DNA of 64,000 nt from Sulfurovum sp. (GCA_012329065.1 JAAXPZ010000006.1:12877-76876), one strand, 5' to 3'; positions 19,455 to 28,001 are shown, counted from the first letter of the stretch. Notes: a model not told the origin generated them from the sequence alone. Numbers and translations are program-made.

Positions 19455-20219
19455 TTACAACCTTACTGGAATATTTTTAGATTTTAGATATCTTTTTAGA
19501 TCCATTATATCTATCTCTTTAAAGTGAAATATTGAAGCTGCCAATGCCGCATCTGCCTGACCAATCGTGAATGCTTCTTCAATATGCTGCATAGTCCCTG
19601 CACCGCCACTAGCTATGACAGGTATAGGAGCTACTTCTCCTATTTTTTTATTTAGCGTGTTATCAAAACCTGCTTTGGTACCATCTGCATCCATAGAGGT
19701 TACTAGCAGCTCACCCGCTCCTCTAGTATATGCCTCCTTTGCCCACTCGATGGCATCTATACCTGTGTCATTTCGCCCACCGTGCGTAAAGATATGCCAT
19801 TTTGCATCATTCACTCTTTTGGCATCTAAGGCAACTACAATACACTGAGAGCCAAACCTTTTTGCTGCTTGAGATATAAACTTTGGATTTTTTATAGCTG
19901 CTGAGTTTATGCTAACTTTATCACATCCTGCATTAAGAAGATTATAAATATCATCAAGTTTTCTTATGCCTCCACCGACTGTCAATGGGATAAATACCTC
20001 TTTAGCTACTTCTTGTACGATATGCACGATTGTATCTCTATCCTCATGTGTTGCTGTGATATCAAGAAAGGTAATCTCGTCTGCACCTTCTTTGTTGTAC
20101 CTCTTAGCAACCTCTATTGGATCACCAGCATCTCTAAGCCCTACAAAATTGATCCCTTTTACTACCCTTCCACCTTCTACATCCAAACATGGTATAATTC
20201 TTTTTGCAAAATAATCCAT
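19455..20219 (-). CDS. hisF: Imidazole glycerol phosphate synthase cyclase subunit
   Basis: RIIPCLDV start region and GGGIR, ASGGAG blocks. Start set to ATG at 20219 ([14 protein letters not shown]); the 33 extra codons of the tracked ORF look spurious. Confidence 0.93.
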   Translation of the reverse strand: MDYFAKRIIPCLDVEGGRVVKGINFVGLRDAGDPIEVAKRYNKEGADEITFLDITATHEDRDTIVHIVQEVAKEVFIPLTVGGGIRKLDDIYNLLNAGCDKVSINSAAIKNPKFISQAAKRFGSQCIVVALDAKRVNDAKWHIFTHGGRNDTGIDAIEWAKEAYTRGAGELLVTSMDADGTKAGFDNTLNKKIGEVAPIPVIASGGAGTMQHIEEAFTIGQADAALAASIFHFKEIDIMDLKRYLKSKNIPVRL

Positions 20220-20280
20220 TCTATCCCTAATCAGAGTATATTTTTGGATTATATCGAAAAAATAAGAAAAAAAGTGTATA

Positions 20281-21105
20281 ATGAAAAGCAATGAAGAGCT
20301 AATAGGGCTTGCAAGCAAGAGATATGGTCAAAATTTTTTAAAAAATCATAGCTATATACAAAAAATCATCCAAGCGATGCCCAAAGATAATCTACCTATC
20401 GTAGAGATTGGGCCTGGCTTAGGTGATTTAACTAAAGAGCTCGTAAGAGCTAGAGATGTTACAGCTTTTGAAGTGGATAAGAGATTGTGCGAGCATTTAA
20501 TACATGAATTTGAGTTACCCATCCGTGAGGGTAGGCTGACTCTGAAATGTGCTGATGCTATTGAGCACTGGGAGCAGAAAGGACTACTGGATGAACATTA
20601 TCATTTAGTAGCCAATCTGCCTTATTATATTGCAACAAATCTTATCTTGAGGGCACTGCATGACCCATATTGTCAGTCTATTTTGACTATGGTTCAAAAA
20701 GAGGTAGCTATAAAGTTTTCAGCAAAGCCTACAGAGAGAAATTTCTCTGCACTGGGTGTACTAGCTGATAGCGTAGGGGAGGGGAAAATATGCTTTGAGG
20801 TTGAACCTGAAGCATTTGTTCCTCCGCCCAAAGTTACCTCTGCAGTACTCTCCATTGTCAAGTTTAGTTCACTGGACGACCTAGGATTTGAAGACTTCCT
20901 AAAGGTCGCTTTTTCTCAACCCAGAAAAAAGTTATCCAAAAATCTGAACTTGCGATACCAAAAGGATAGAATTATCAAGATCTTTGCCGATCTTGAGTTA
21001 GAAGATAATATCCGCCCACACGAAGCTGCGACATCTATTTATCATCAAATATATAATGCTTTAAAGCAAAAGGATAACGAAGATGAACGAAAATCAAGAA
21101 AATAA
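20281..21105 (+). CDS. rsmA: 16S rRNA (adenine1518/1519-N6)-dimethyltransferase
   Basis: [15 protein letters not shown] and NLPYYI motifs. Confidence 0.9.
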   Translation: MKSNEELIGLASKRYGQNFLKNHSYIQKIIQAMPKDNLPIVEIGPGLGDLTKELVRARDVTAFEVDKRLCEHLIHEFELPIREGRLTLKCADAIEHWEQKGLLDEHYHLVANLPYYIATNLILRALHDPYCQSILTMVQKEVAIKFSAKPTERNFSALGVLADSVGEGKICFEVEPEAFVPPPKVTSAVLSIVKFSSLDDLGFEDFLKVAFSQPRKKLSKNLNLRYQKDRIIKIFADLELEDNIRPHEAATSIYHQIYNALKQKDNEDERKSRK

Positions 21106-23164
21106 CAATAACAAACCAAAAAGAAACCCCAATCCATATAGACAAAATAGTCAAACGGTACAAAACAACAATCAAAATAGAGATAGCGACTCAAAAGAGC
21201 CAAGAAAAAGCAATGAGAGGCAAAACAACCAAAGCCAAAACAACAACAAGAGACCTCATCCAAATAGAAAACCAAACCCAAGCAGCAATTCTCAGGATGG
21301 GAAACAGCATCCAAGTAGAAAGCCAAACCCAAATGCCAACAATGGAAATCAAAGACCAAACAATAAATCTGGTAATAAAAATAGAGGCAGAAGAAAACCA
21401 ACACCGACAAATGTTTCTGAAGAGATGAAGGCCTGTCTTGCTGAAAATGAAAAAGTCCAACAAGAGAGAATGAGCCCGTGGAAACAAATAGAGATGAATT
21501 CTCGTGGCAAGATCCGCTTCACACCGCTTGGAGGACTGGGAGAAATTGGCGGCAATATCGCTGTCATGGAGAGCGAAAACTCTGCTTTTATCATAGATGT
21601 AGGTATGAGCTTTCCTGATGAGACAATGCACGGTGTTGATATACTTGTGCCTGATTTCAGTTACCTGCATGCGATTAAAGATAAAATCAAGGCTATTATC
21701 ATCACGCATTCACACGAAGACCATATTGGTGCTATGCCGTACCTATTTAAAGAACTAAAGTTCCCAATTTATGGTACTCCTTTAGCACTAGCGATGATAG
21801 AGAACAAATTTAATGAGCATGGACTTTCAGCTGACACCAAGTACTTCAATTTTGTTACCAAACGAAAGCAGTATGAGGTAGGGGATTTTAAAATAGAGTG
21901 GATGCATATGACTCACTCTATTGTCGATTCTTCCTCTTTAGCGATTGAAACACCTGTGGGCACCATTATTCATACAGCTGACTTCAAGATCGATCATACT
22001 CCAATTGATGGATACTCATCTGACCTGCACCGCTTTGCTTACTATGGTAGCAAAGGTGTGCTATGTCTATTCTCAGACTCTACCAATTCACATAACCCTG
22101 GCTCTACCAAAAGCGAAAAAATAGTTGGAAAAACATTCGACTCTCTTTTTGAACTAGCAAAAGGACGCGTCATCATGTCTACTTTCTCATCTAATGTACA
22201 TAGGATTGTACAGGCCATGGACAGAGGAATCAAGCATGGCAGAAAGATATGTGTAATCGGAAGATCAATGGAAAGAAACATTGAAACTACTAGAAAACTT
22301 GGATATGTTAACATTGAAGATAAACACTTCATAGAGCCTCATGAGATCGGAAGATACAAAGAAGAAGAGGTGCTCGTAGTCACCACTGGCTCTCAAGGCG
22401 AAGAGATGGCAGCACTCTCCAGAATGGCAAGTGATAAGCATAGGCACATCAAATTAAAGCCTACTGACACTGTAATCATATCTGCCTCTGCCATACCAGG
22501 CAATGAGGGATCAGTATCCAAACTAATGAATCGACTCATAAAAGCAGGAGTCACTGTCCGCTATAAAGAGTTTAGTGATATTCATGTATCTGGACATGCT
22601 GCACAAGAAGAACAAAAGCTCATAATTAGATTGGTGCAGCCTAAATTTTTCCTACCAGTACACGGAGAATACAATCATATTGCAGCACACGCCAAAACAG
22701 CTGTTGAGTGCGGTGTAGACAAAAGGAATATGCTTCTAATGACTGATGGTGACCAGATAGAAATCACAACAAAGTTTATCAAAAAAGTCAAGACAGTCAA
22801 GACAGGCAAACGCTATATCGACAACATGAACAACAAAGAGATATTTGATGATGTGGTAACTGACAGACAAAAGCTTGCAACTGACGGTATCATCAATGTT
22901 AGTATGCAGATTTCCACCAGTACAGGCAAGGCATCTGGCAAGACAGTTATTTCTACATTTGGTATCATCCCAGACAAAGATGACAAGAAGTTTGAAAAAG
23001 AGATAGAGCACATCATAGAAACCTATCTATTAACAAACAAAGATGATGGCTCAGTCAATGCAAAAAAAGTCGAAGAAGATATCAGAGGACTAGTGCGTAA
23101 GCATGTAGTGCGAATAAAAAAACTCTATCCAGTTATTGCTGTCAATGTATTCTTAGCAAATTAA
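21083..23164 (+). CDS. rnj: Ribonuclease J with a ~110-aa N/Q/K/P-rich N-terminal extension
   Basis: Metallo-beta-lactamase HSHEDH, beta-CASP region, HVSGHA. Overlaps the rsmA end by 23 nt. Confidence 0.9.
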   Translation: MNENQENNNNKPKRNPNPYRQNSQTVQNNNQNRDSDSKEPRKSNERQNNQSQNNNKRPHPNRKPNPSSNSQDGKQHPSRKPNPNANNGNQRPNNKSGNKNRGRRKPTPTNVSEEMKACLAENEKVQQERMSPWKQIEMNSRGKIRFTPLGGLGEIGGNIAVMESENSAFIIDVGMSFPDETMHGVDILVPDFSYLHAIKDKIKAIIITHSHEDHIGAMPYLFKELKFPIYGTPLALAMIENKFNEHGLSADTKYFNFVTKRKQYEVGDFKIEWMHMTHSIVDSSSLAIETPVGTIIHTADFKIDHTPIDGYSSDLHRFAYYGSKGVLCLFSDSTNSHNPGSTKSEKIVGKTFDSLFELAKGRVIMSTFSSNVHRIVQAMDRGIKHGRKICVIGRSMERNIETTRKLGYVNIEDKHFIEPHEIGRYKEEEVLVVTTGSQGEEMAALSRMASDKHRHIKLKPTDTVIISASAIPGNEGSVSKLMNRLIKAGVTVRYKEFSDIHVSGHAAQEEQKLIIRLVQPKFFLPVHGEYNHIAAHAKTAVECGVDKRNMLLMTDGDQIEITTKFIKKVKTVKTGKRYIDNMNNKEIFDDVVTDRQKLATDGIINVSMQISTSTGKASGKTVISTFGIIPDKDDKKFEKEIEHIIETYLLTNKDDGSVNAKKVEEDIRGLVRKHVVRIKKLYPVIAVNVFLAN

Positions 23165-23171
23165 GACTAAA

Positions 23172-23437
23172 GGGCTCCTCTAATAATAGGTAATGCCCAC
23201 AATGGGTTTTGCAAATGTAAGGTTGTGCAAAATATTTATAAGTCCTAGCCATAGCTAAGACGCCTTAAATATTTTGTGCAAGATTGCGTTTGCAAAGTCC
23301 ACCCTGCGGGCATCACTAGCTTTCGCCTATGCGTTGTTACTCTTTCTCACCTTAGCTACGGCTAGGGTATCAAAAGAGTGCCTAGCCTAGACAAAAGCTA
23401 GTGATGTTGTGGGTGTTACCTATTATTAGAGGTGCCC
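23172..23437 (+). ncRNA. Candidate structured RNA and/or MITE-like inverted-repeat element (unclassified)
   Basis: 31-nt terminal inverted repeat (28 WC, 2 G-U, 1 mismatch). Internal hairpin 23204-23300. 13-bp helix 23311-23323/23394-23406 enclosing hairpin 23338-23380 capped by C(UACG)G. Flanked by direct repeat CTAAAGG (23167-23173 and 23437-23443). Confidence 0.5.
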
Positions 23438-23454
23438 TAAAGGAGTAACCATAC

Positions 23455-24228
23455 ATGAGACTCAATAAGTTCATTTCGCACAATAGCAAATACTCTCGTA
23501 GAGAAGCGGACAAGCTAATCGAAGATGGTCTTGTCAAGCTGAACAAAAAAATTATAAATGAATTTGGGTACGAAGTACAAGATTCAGATATGGTTACAGT
23601 CAAAAATCGTGCAATCAAACAGAAAAAACAGGGTGAAGTGACCATGGTCATCTATAACAAGCCCAAAGGAGTGCTCGTCACCAGAAAAGATGATAGGGGC
23701 AGGGCGACAATCTATCATAAGCTTCCTGGTAAATATAGACATTTTATACCCATAGGTAGGCTCGACTATGTTTCAGAAGGACTTCTGCTTCTGACAGATG
23801 CTCCAGAGGTCGCAGAAGTGCTCATGACAAGTGACCTTCCAAGAACATACAACATCAAAATTGATAAATCCCCCTCACTACCCATGATTGATGCAATGAA
23901 AAATGGACTGCATCTGGAGGATGCCAGTACTGGGGCACACGAGTTCAGCAGCATTAAAAGTATGAATTTTGCCCCTTTTTCAAGTTTTGATTTTAGGGGA
24001 CAAACAGGAAAATATACAAAACTTCGCGTCACTATTGCTGAGGGTAAGAATAGGGAACTTAGAAGGTTTTTTGCTCATTTTGATGCGACTATAGTGGATC
24101 TAAAAAGGGTTGCCTTTTGGAATATAGAGCTAAATAATCTACCTACAAATAAAACACGATACTTTTCTCACAAAGAGTACGATCAGCTACACAAACTTCT
24201 CAAAAAAGTGAAGAAAAACGAGAAGTAA
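23455..24228 (+). CDS. rluB: rRNA pseudouridine synthase, RsuA/RluB family
   Basis: S4 domain MRLNKFIS...SRREADKLI and catalytic GRLDYVSEGLLLLT. SD AAGGAG lies 9 nt upstream. Confidence 0.9.
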   Translation: MRLNKFISHNSKYSRREADKLIEDGLVKLNKKIINEFGYEVQDSDMVTVKNRAIKQKKQGEVTMVIYNKPKGVLVTRKDDRGRATIYHKLPGKYRHFIPIGRLDYVSEGLLLLTDAPEVAEVLMTSDLPRTYNIKIDKSPSLPMIDAMKNGLHLEDASTGAHEFSSIKSMNFAPFSSFDFRGQTGKYTKLRVTIAEGKNRELRRFFAHFDATIVDLKRVAFWNIELNNLPTNKTRYFSHKEYDQLHKLLKKVKKNEK

Positions 24229-25425
24229 ATGCATTTTGCTCTCAAGTATCGCCCTTCAACACTTGACCAAATAATTGGACAAAGCCATATATTGGGTAGC
24301 AAAGCAGCTCTGAGGAAACTCATTGAGGCGGATGCCTTGCCTCATGTTTTTCTACATGGTCCTCCAGGATCAGGCAAGACCACCCTTGCAAGGGTCATCG
24401 CATCTGTGCTTGACAGACCATTCTACGAACTCAATGCCACTACGATTAAAGTAGAAACCCTAAGAAGCATATTCAAAGAACATATTAACGCTCTACAAAA
24501 GCCACTAATTTTTATAGATGAAGTTCATCGACTTAGCAAAAACCAACAAGAAGTATTGCTTCCGTTTATGGAAAACTATTCTGCTCTTATCATAGGTGCG
24601 TCTACAGAAAATCCATACTACTCTATGACTGCTGCAATGAGATCAAGATCGCATCTTTTTGAGCTAAATCATATCTCTGATGTCGCCATGTTTGAGTATC
24701 TAGATGTGATAGCGACAAAAGAAAATATCAAACTAGGTAAAGATGCAAGAGAATATCTAGTTGTCTCAAGTGCAGGTGACCTTAGGGCGATGATGAATCT
24801 TCTGGAAAGTGCCTCTGTTGTCGCCAATCCTATCACACTAGAGAACCTCAAGTCTATAAGATCACATGCCGTACAGGCTGGATCGAGTGAAGCTGACAGT
24901 CATTATGATCTCGCATCTGCCATGATAAAAAGCATTAGGGGCAGTGATATAGATGCTGGTATCTATTATCTTGCCAGACTCATTAGTGGCGGAGAGCCGC
25001 CTGAGTTTCTAGCCAGGAGACTAGCAATACTTGCCAGCGAAGATATTGGTAACGCCAACCCTCAGGCACTAAATCTAGCTGCCTCCACTCTAAACATAGT
25101 AAAAAATATAGGTTACCCTGAGGCTAGAATACCGCTGGCTCAGCTTGTAGTCTATTTAGCAAGTTCGCCTAAGTCTAACTCTGTGTATGAAGCCATAAAT
25201 AGTGCTCAAGAGGCAATCAAAGAAGGGGAGATATATGCAGTGCCTGAGCATATCAAAACACATAGTAAAAGCTATCTATACCCACATAGCTATGGAGGAT
25301 GGGTAGAGCAAAAATATCTAGAAAAAGAGTTTAGTTTTTACCACTCCAAGGGAAGTGGGTACGAAAAGATTTTAGACGAATGGATAATAAAGGGCACCCA
25401 GAAGATCAAAAAGTCTTCTACTTGA
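24229..25425 (+). CDS. rarA: Replication-associated recombination protein A (AAA+ ATPase)
   Basis: Walker A GPPGSGKTT, Walker B FIDEVHR, MgsA C-terminal region (YLARL...GEPP). The ATG directly follows the rluB stop. Confidence 0.92.
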   Translation: MHFALKYRPSTLDQIIGQSHILGSKAALRKLIEADALPHVFLHGPPGSGKTTLARVIASVLDRPFYELNATTIKVETLRSIFKEHINALQKPLIFIDEVHRLSKNQQEVLLPFMENYSALIIGASTENPYYSMTAAMRSRSHLFELNHISDVAMFEYLDVIATKENIKLGKDAREYLVVSSAGDLRAMMNLLESASVVANPITLENLKSIRSHAVQAGSSEADSHYDLASAMIKSIRGSDIDAGIYYLARLISGGEPPEFLARRLAILASEDIGNANPQALNLAASTLNIVKNIGYPEARIPLAQLVVYLASSPKSNSVYEAINSAQEAIKEGEIYAVPEHIKTHSKSYLYPHSYGGWVEQKYLEKEFSFYHSKGSGYEKILDEWIIKGTQKIKKSST

Positions 25426-25831
25426 TACCCTCGAGAGCTTTTTTTGTCTGTTCAAGACTAAGTACTCCATCTATATAGCCACCCTCGGTTTTTTTTATAT
25501 GGTCCAAAAGATAGGCTCTAAATTCACTATCATCCAGTTGCCCCTCTGCAATCTGTTTCATGGTATCAAAGTCAGGGAAGTATCCCATTACCCTGTGTTT
25601 GACCGTACTTTCAGCCCATACAGCTTTTGCTTTTGCCAAAGGAGCTCCTGCAAAATTGAGTACATCATCACCATTGACATCTTGCGTATAATACTGTGCG
25701 TGATCTTTTGCTTTTCTTGATTGACTATTTTCAAGACCAGGCGTTGTACTCTCTGCCTGGCCCACGAAATTGGTTACCATATACATAAAACCAAACCCAG
25801 CCAATATCATAATAAAAATTCCCTTACTCAT
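25418..25831 (-). CDS. Hypothetical membrane-anchored or secreted protein
   Basis: Probable start MSKGIFIMILAGFGFMY (ATG at 25831). One N-terminal hydrophobic helix. No family recognised. Confidence 0.35.
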   Translation of the reverse strand: MSKGIFIMILAGFGFMYMVTNFVGQAESTTPGLENSQSRKAKDHAQYYTQDVNGDDVLNFAGAPLAKAKAVWAESTVKHRVMGYFPDFDTMKQIAEGQLDDSEFRAYLLDHIKKTEGGYIDGVLSLEQTKKALEGIK

Positions 25832-25963
25832 TGTGCTATTCCTCTCACCGACATTATATGGCATTATTATACCAAAAAAATTATTTTAATAGAGTGCCTC
25901 ACAATTTGCTCACAATTGTTTGCTATAATTATTCTAAATCTTTTATAATAAGGGAGTCAAGTC

Positions 25964-26692
25964 ATGGACTACGGAATGTTAAAATCACTAGCTGCTTATG
26001 CTCTTGCGGCACTTATATTATCAGGGTGTGCAACAACACAACCTGGTCTAGTAGGAAACAACAATGAAAACACCAAAAAGGGTGGCATTATGGGTGCCGT
26101 CACTGGTGCTTTTATAGGATTAACACAAAGCAGTAGCAAAAACAGAACAAGAAACACCATCTTGGGTGCTGTCGGAGGAGGTGCCGCTGGTGCACTGATA
26201 GGGTACAATCTAGACCAACAAGCCAATGAAGTAGCAAATGCACTAGGCACGCGTGTGGACAATGACCCACTATCTCAAATAGACCCAAATCGTACTTTAA
26301 TTGTATCCAAAGGGGAGGGCTTCGTAAAGATTATGTTCCGAGACAAGATGATGTTCCCCACAGCTTCGGACAGAATGACATCTACTGCCAAATACAAGGT
26401 AAGCAAAGTGGGCGAACTACTCAGAAGGTATCCGCAGACTGTTGTAGGAATAGCAGGCTTTACCGACAACAGGGGTAGCTACGAATACAATCAGAAACTA
26501 TCTAGTAAAAGAGCTCAAGCAGTAGCCAATACCCTACACAAAAAAGGCATACAAAACAACATCAACACACAAGGATGTTCCTATAGTAAGCCTCTAGTGT
26601 CCAATACAACTGCCAGTAACATGGCACTAAACAGACGAGTAGAGATATATCTCTACAGAGGAGACTCTGCAAGAATCAATCCTTGCAGATAA
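25964..26692 (+). CDS. OmpA-family lipoprotein (glycine-zipper plus OmpA C-terminal domain)
   Basis: Lipobox LILSGCA, Gly-zipper GAVTGAFIG/GAVGGGAAGALIG, and OmpA_C blocks GFTDNRGS..YNQKLSSKRA...NRRVEI. Confidence 0.85.
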   Translation: MDYGMLKSLAAYALAALILSGCATTQPGLVGNNNENTKKGGIMGAVTGAFIGLTQSSSKNRTRNTILGAVGGGAAGALIGYNLDQQANEVANALGTRVDNDPLSQIDPNRTLIVSKGEGFVKIMFRDKMMFPTASDRMTSTAKYKVSKVGELLRRYPQTVVGIAGFTDNRGSYEYNQKLSSKRAQAVANTLHKKGIQNNINTQGCSYSKPLVSNTTASNMALNRRVEIYLYRGDSARINPCR

Positions 26693-26825
26693 CTCCACAA
26701 GACCTCTTTGTGGGTCTACCCTTCCACAAAACCAACTCTTATCTTGACATAAAATATTACCGCACTTGGCATAATATAGAGGAAAGGCATTATCTAAATG
26801 CCCTTTTCAATACCCAAAATAGAGT

Positions 26826-27300
26826 CTAGGGTCTGATCTGATATAATGATTTGCCCACAGACAAGTTCTCTATTAGCCTCTTTCCTTCTTCCATAATAGC
26901 AGCAGACCCCACCTCTTCAAATGTAGCAAAATCATCAAGTTTTAGGTCTTTCTCTTGTATTTCGCACCTCATCAGCCTTTCAAAGCTCTCTAGCTTCAGT
27001 CGCAGAGAAAAAAACAGTCCAAAAAACTGCTCTTTGTAAGTACAGACAAAAAAGCATTGGAAGGAACAAGTGCCCACTCTTTGACTATCTCTGTTGTTGT
27101 GCCTGTAGTATTCTTATTGAAGTCTTGATCCATGCTCATATATATCTATCATCTCATCTATCATCTTGGTATCTCAAAGCTGATGCACTACAAGATCGTC
27201 AATACCTATCATTGCTGAGGAGAAATTGAGGATCAGCTCTTTACTTTTACCTGCAAGGTTACGCAAAACTGTATCTTCGGCCTTGATATTTTTGATTTTA
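26826..27300 (-). pseudogene. Possible decayed gene remnants (frame-broken, start-less ORF pieces)
   Basis: Three minus-strand protein-like segments sit in different frames. They are separated by stops and T6-T7 homopolymers. The upstream piece has no start codon after tRNA-Leu. Confidence 0.2.
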
Positions 27301-27360
27301 TTAGTATAGCAAAGTTGTATTGAGAGAGGTGAATTGTGCGAATGGTAATTATTCTATAGA

Positions 27361-27444
27361 TGGTACGGATGAGAGGAGTCGAACCTCCACGCCAAAGGCA
27401 CTAGATCCTAAGTCTAGCGTGTATACCAATTTCACCACATCCGC
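27361..27444 (-). tRNA. tRNA-Leu (anticodon TAG)
   Basis: Manual cloverleaf: 84 nt, long variable arm, anticodon loop CTTAGGA, TTCGACT T-loop, encoded CCA. Confidence 0.9.
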
Positions 27445-27501
27445 ACGATACATTGAAAAGTAACCTGAATTTTAGCTAAAGAAGCTTTAATTCAAATAAG
27501 G

Positions 27502-27578
27502 TGGTACACCCGTCAGGATTCGAACCTGAGACCGCCCGCTTAGAAGGCGGGTGCTCTATCCAGCTGAGCTACGAGTGC
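27502..27578 (-). tRNA. tRNA-Arg (anticodon TCT)
   Basis: 77 nt, anticodon loop CTTCTAA, D-arm GCTCAGCTGGATAGAGC, T-loop TTCGAAT, encoded CCA. Confidence 0.9.
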
Positions 27579-27620
27579 ACAAATACAATAATCAGCAATC
27601 TATATACTAAAGTTAAACCA

Positions 27621-27697
27621 TGGTACGCCAGAGAGGACTCGAACCCCTAACCCTCAGATCCGAAGTCTGATGCTCTATCCAGTTGAGCCACTAGCGC
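27621..27697 (-). tRNA. tRNA-Arg (anticodon TCG)
   Basis: 77 nt, anticodon loop CTTCGGA, T-loop TTCGAGT, encoded CCA. Confidence 0.88.
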
Positions 27698-27731
27698 ATC
27701 TTCTGTCAGGTTATGCTTTACCAAACTTAGA

Positions 27732-27808
27732 TGGGGTGGATGACGGGGCTCGAACCCGCGACATCCTGTGCCACAAACAGGTGCTCTACCAGCTGAACTA
27801 CATCCACC
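27732..27808 (-). tRNA. tRNA-His (anticodon GTG)
   Basis: Anticodon loop TTGTGGC. An extra 5' G(-1) pairs with C73, the hallmark of tRNA-His. Encoded CCA. Confidence 0.93.
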
Positions 27809-27853
27809 ATCAATAACTGCATAATTATTATATTGAAATATTAAATATCTAAA

Positions 27854-27930
27854 TGGTCGGAGTGAAAGGACTCGAACCTTCGACCCCCTGGTCCCAAACC
27901 AGGTGCGCTACCAGACTGCGCTACACTCCG
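27854..27930 (-). tRNA. tRNA-Pro (anticodon TGG)
   Basis: 77 nt, C1-G72 pair, anticodon loop TTTGGGA, encoded CCA. Confidence 0.93.
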
Positions 27931-27972
27931 TTATGCCAAATTTTACTCTATACCGATAAAAATTGGAGTGCA

Positions 27973-28001
27973 ATTATAGTCAAATGAGCTTAAATTGTCA
28001 A
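27973..28001 (-). promoter_or_regulatory. Consensus sigma70 promoter of the tRNA operon (TTGACA-17 nt-TATAAT)
   Basis: On the minus strand, TTGACA is at 28001-27996 and TATAAT at 27978-27973, with exactly 17 nt between. It lies about 43 nt upstream of tRNA-Pro. Confidence 0.7.

Noticed and set aside
20220-20318. 33-codon N-terminal extension of the hisF ORF.
   Set aside because: The canonical HisF N-terminus ([14 protein letters not shown]) starts at ATG 20219. The extension would run into the divergent rsmA promoter and start region.
21045-21709. Minus-strand ORFs 21045-21410, 21191-21709 and 21349-21594, and plus-strand ORF 21213-21428, over the 5' end of rnj.
   Set aside because: They are artefacts of the repetitive A/C-rich coding sequence for the N/Q/K/P-rich RNase J extension, which leaves alternative frames stop-free.
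23172-23437. Possibility that the structured element is RNase P RNA, tmRNA, 6S RNA, SRP RNA or a retron msr/msd.
   Set aside because: I could not find the P4 GAGGAAAGUCC-type motif, a tRNA-like GGGG..UCCACCA end pair, the SRP domain IV motif, or a single 6S-style bulged rod. No reverse transcriptase gene is nearby. This rests on eye inspection only, and cmscan should confirm it.
23382-23651. 89-aa minus-strand ORF spanning the 3' part of the element and the start of rluB.
   Set aside because: It is antisense to the well-supported rluB start and S4 domain and has no SD. It is probably a by-product of palindromic sequence.
26744-26807. TTGACA ... CATAAT followed by a GGCATT-N5-AATGCC hairpin and TTTT: a possible mini sRNA gene after the OmpA-family gene.
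   Set aside because: The -35/-10 spacing would be 20 nt, which is poor, and the transcript would be only about 35 nt. The hairpin is more simply a weak terminator for the OmpA-family gene.
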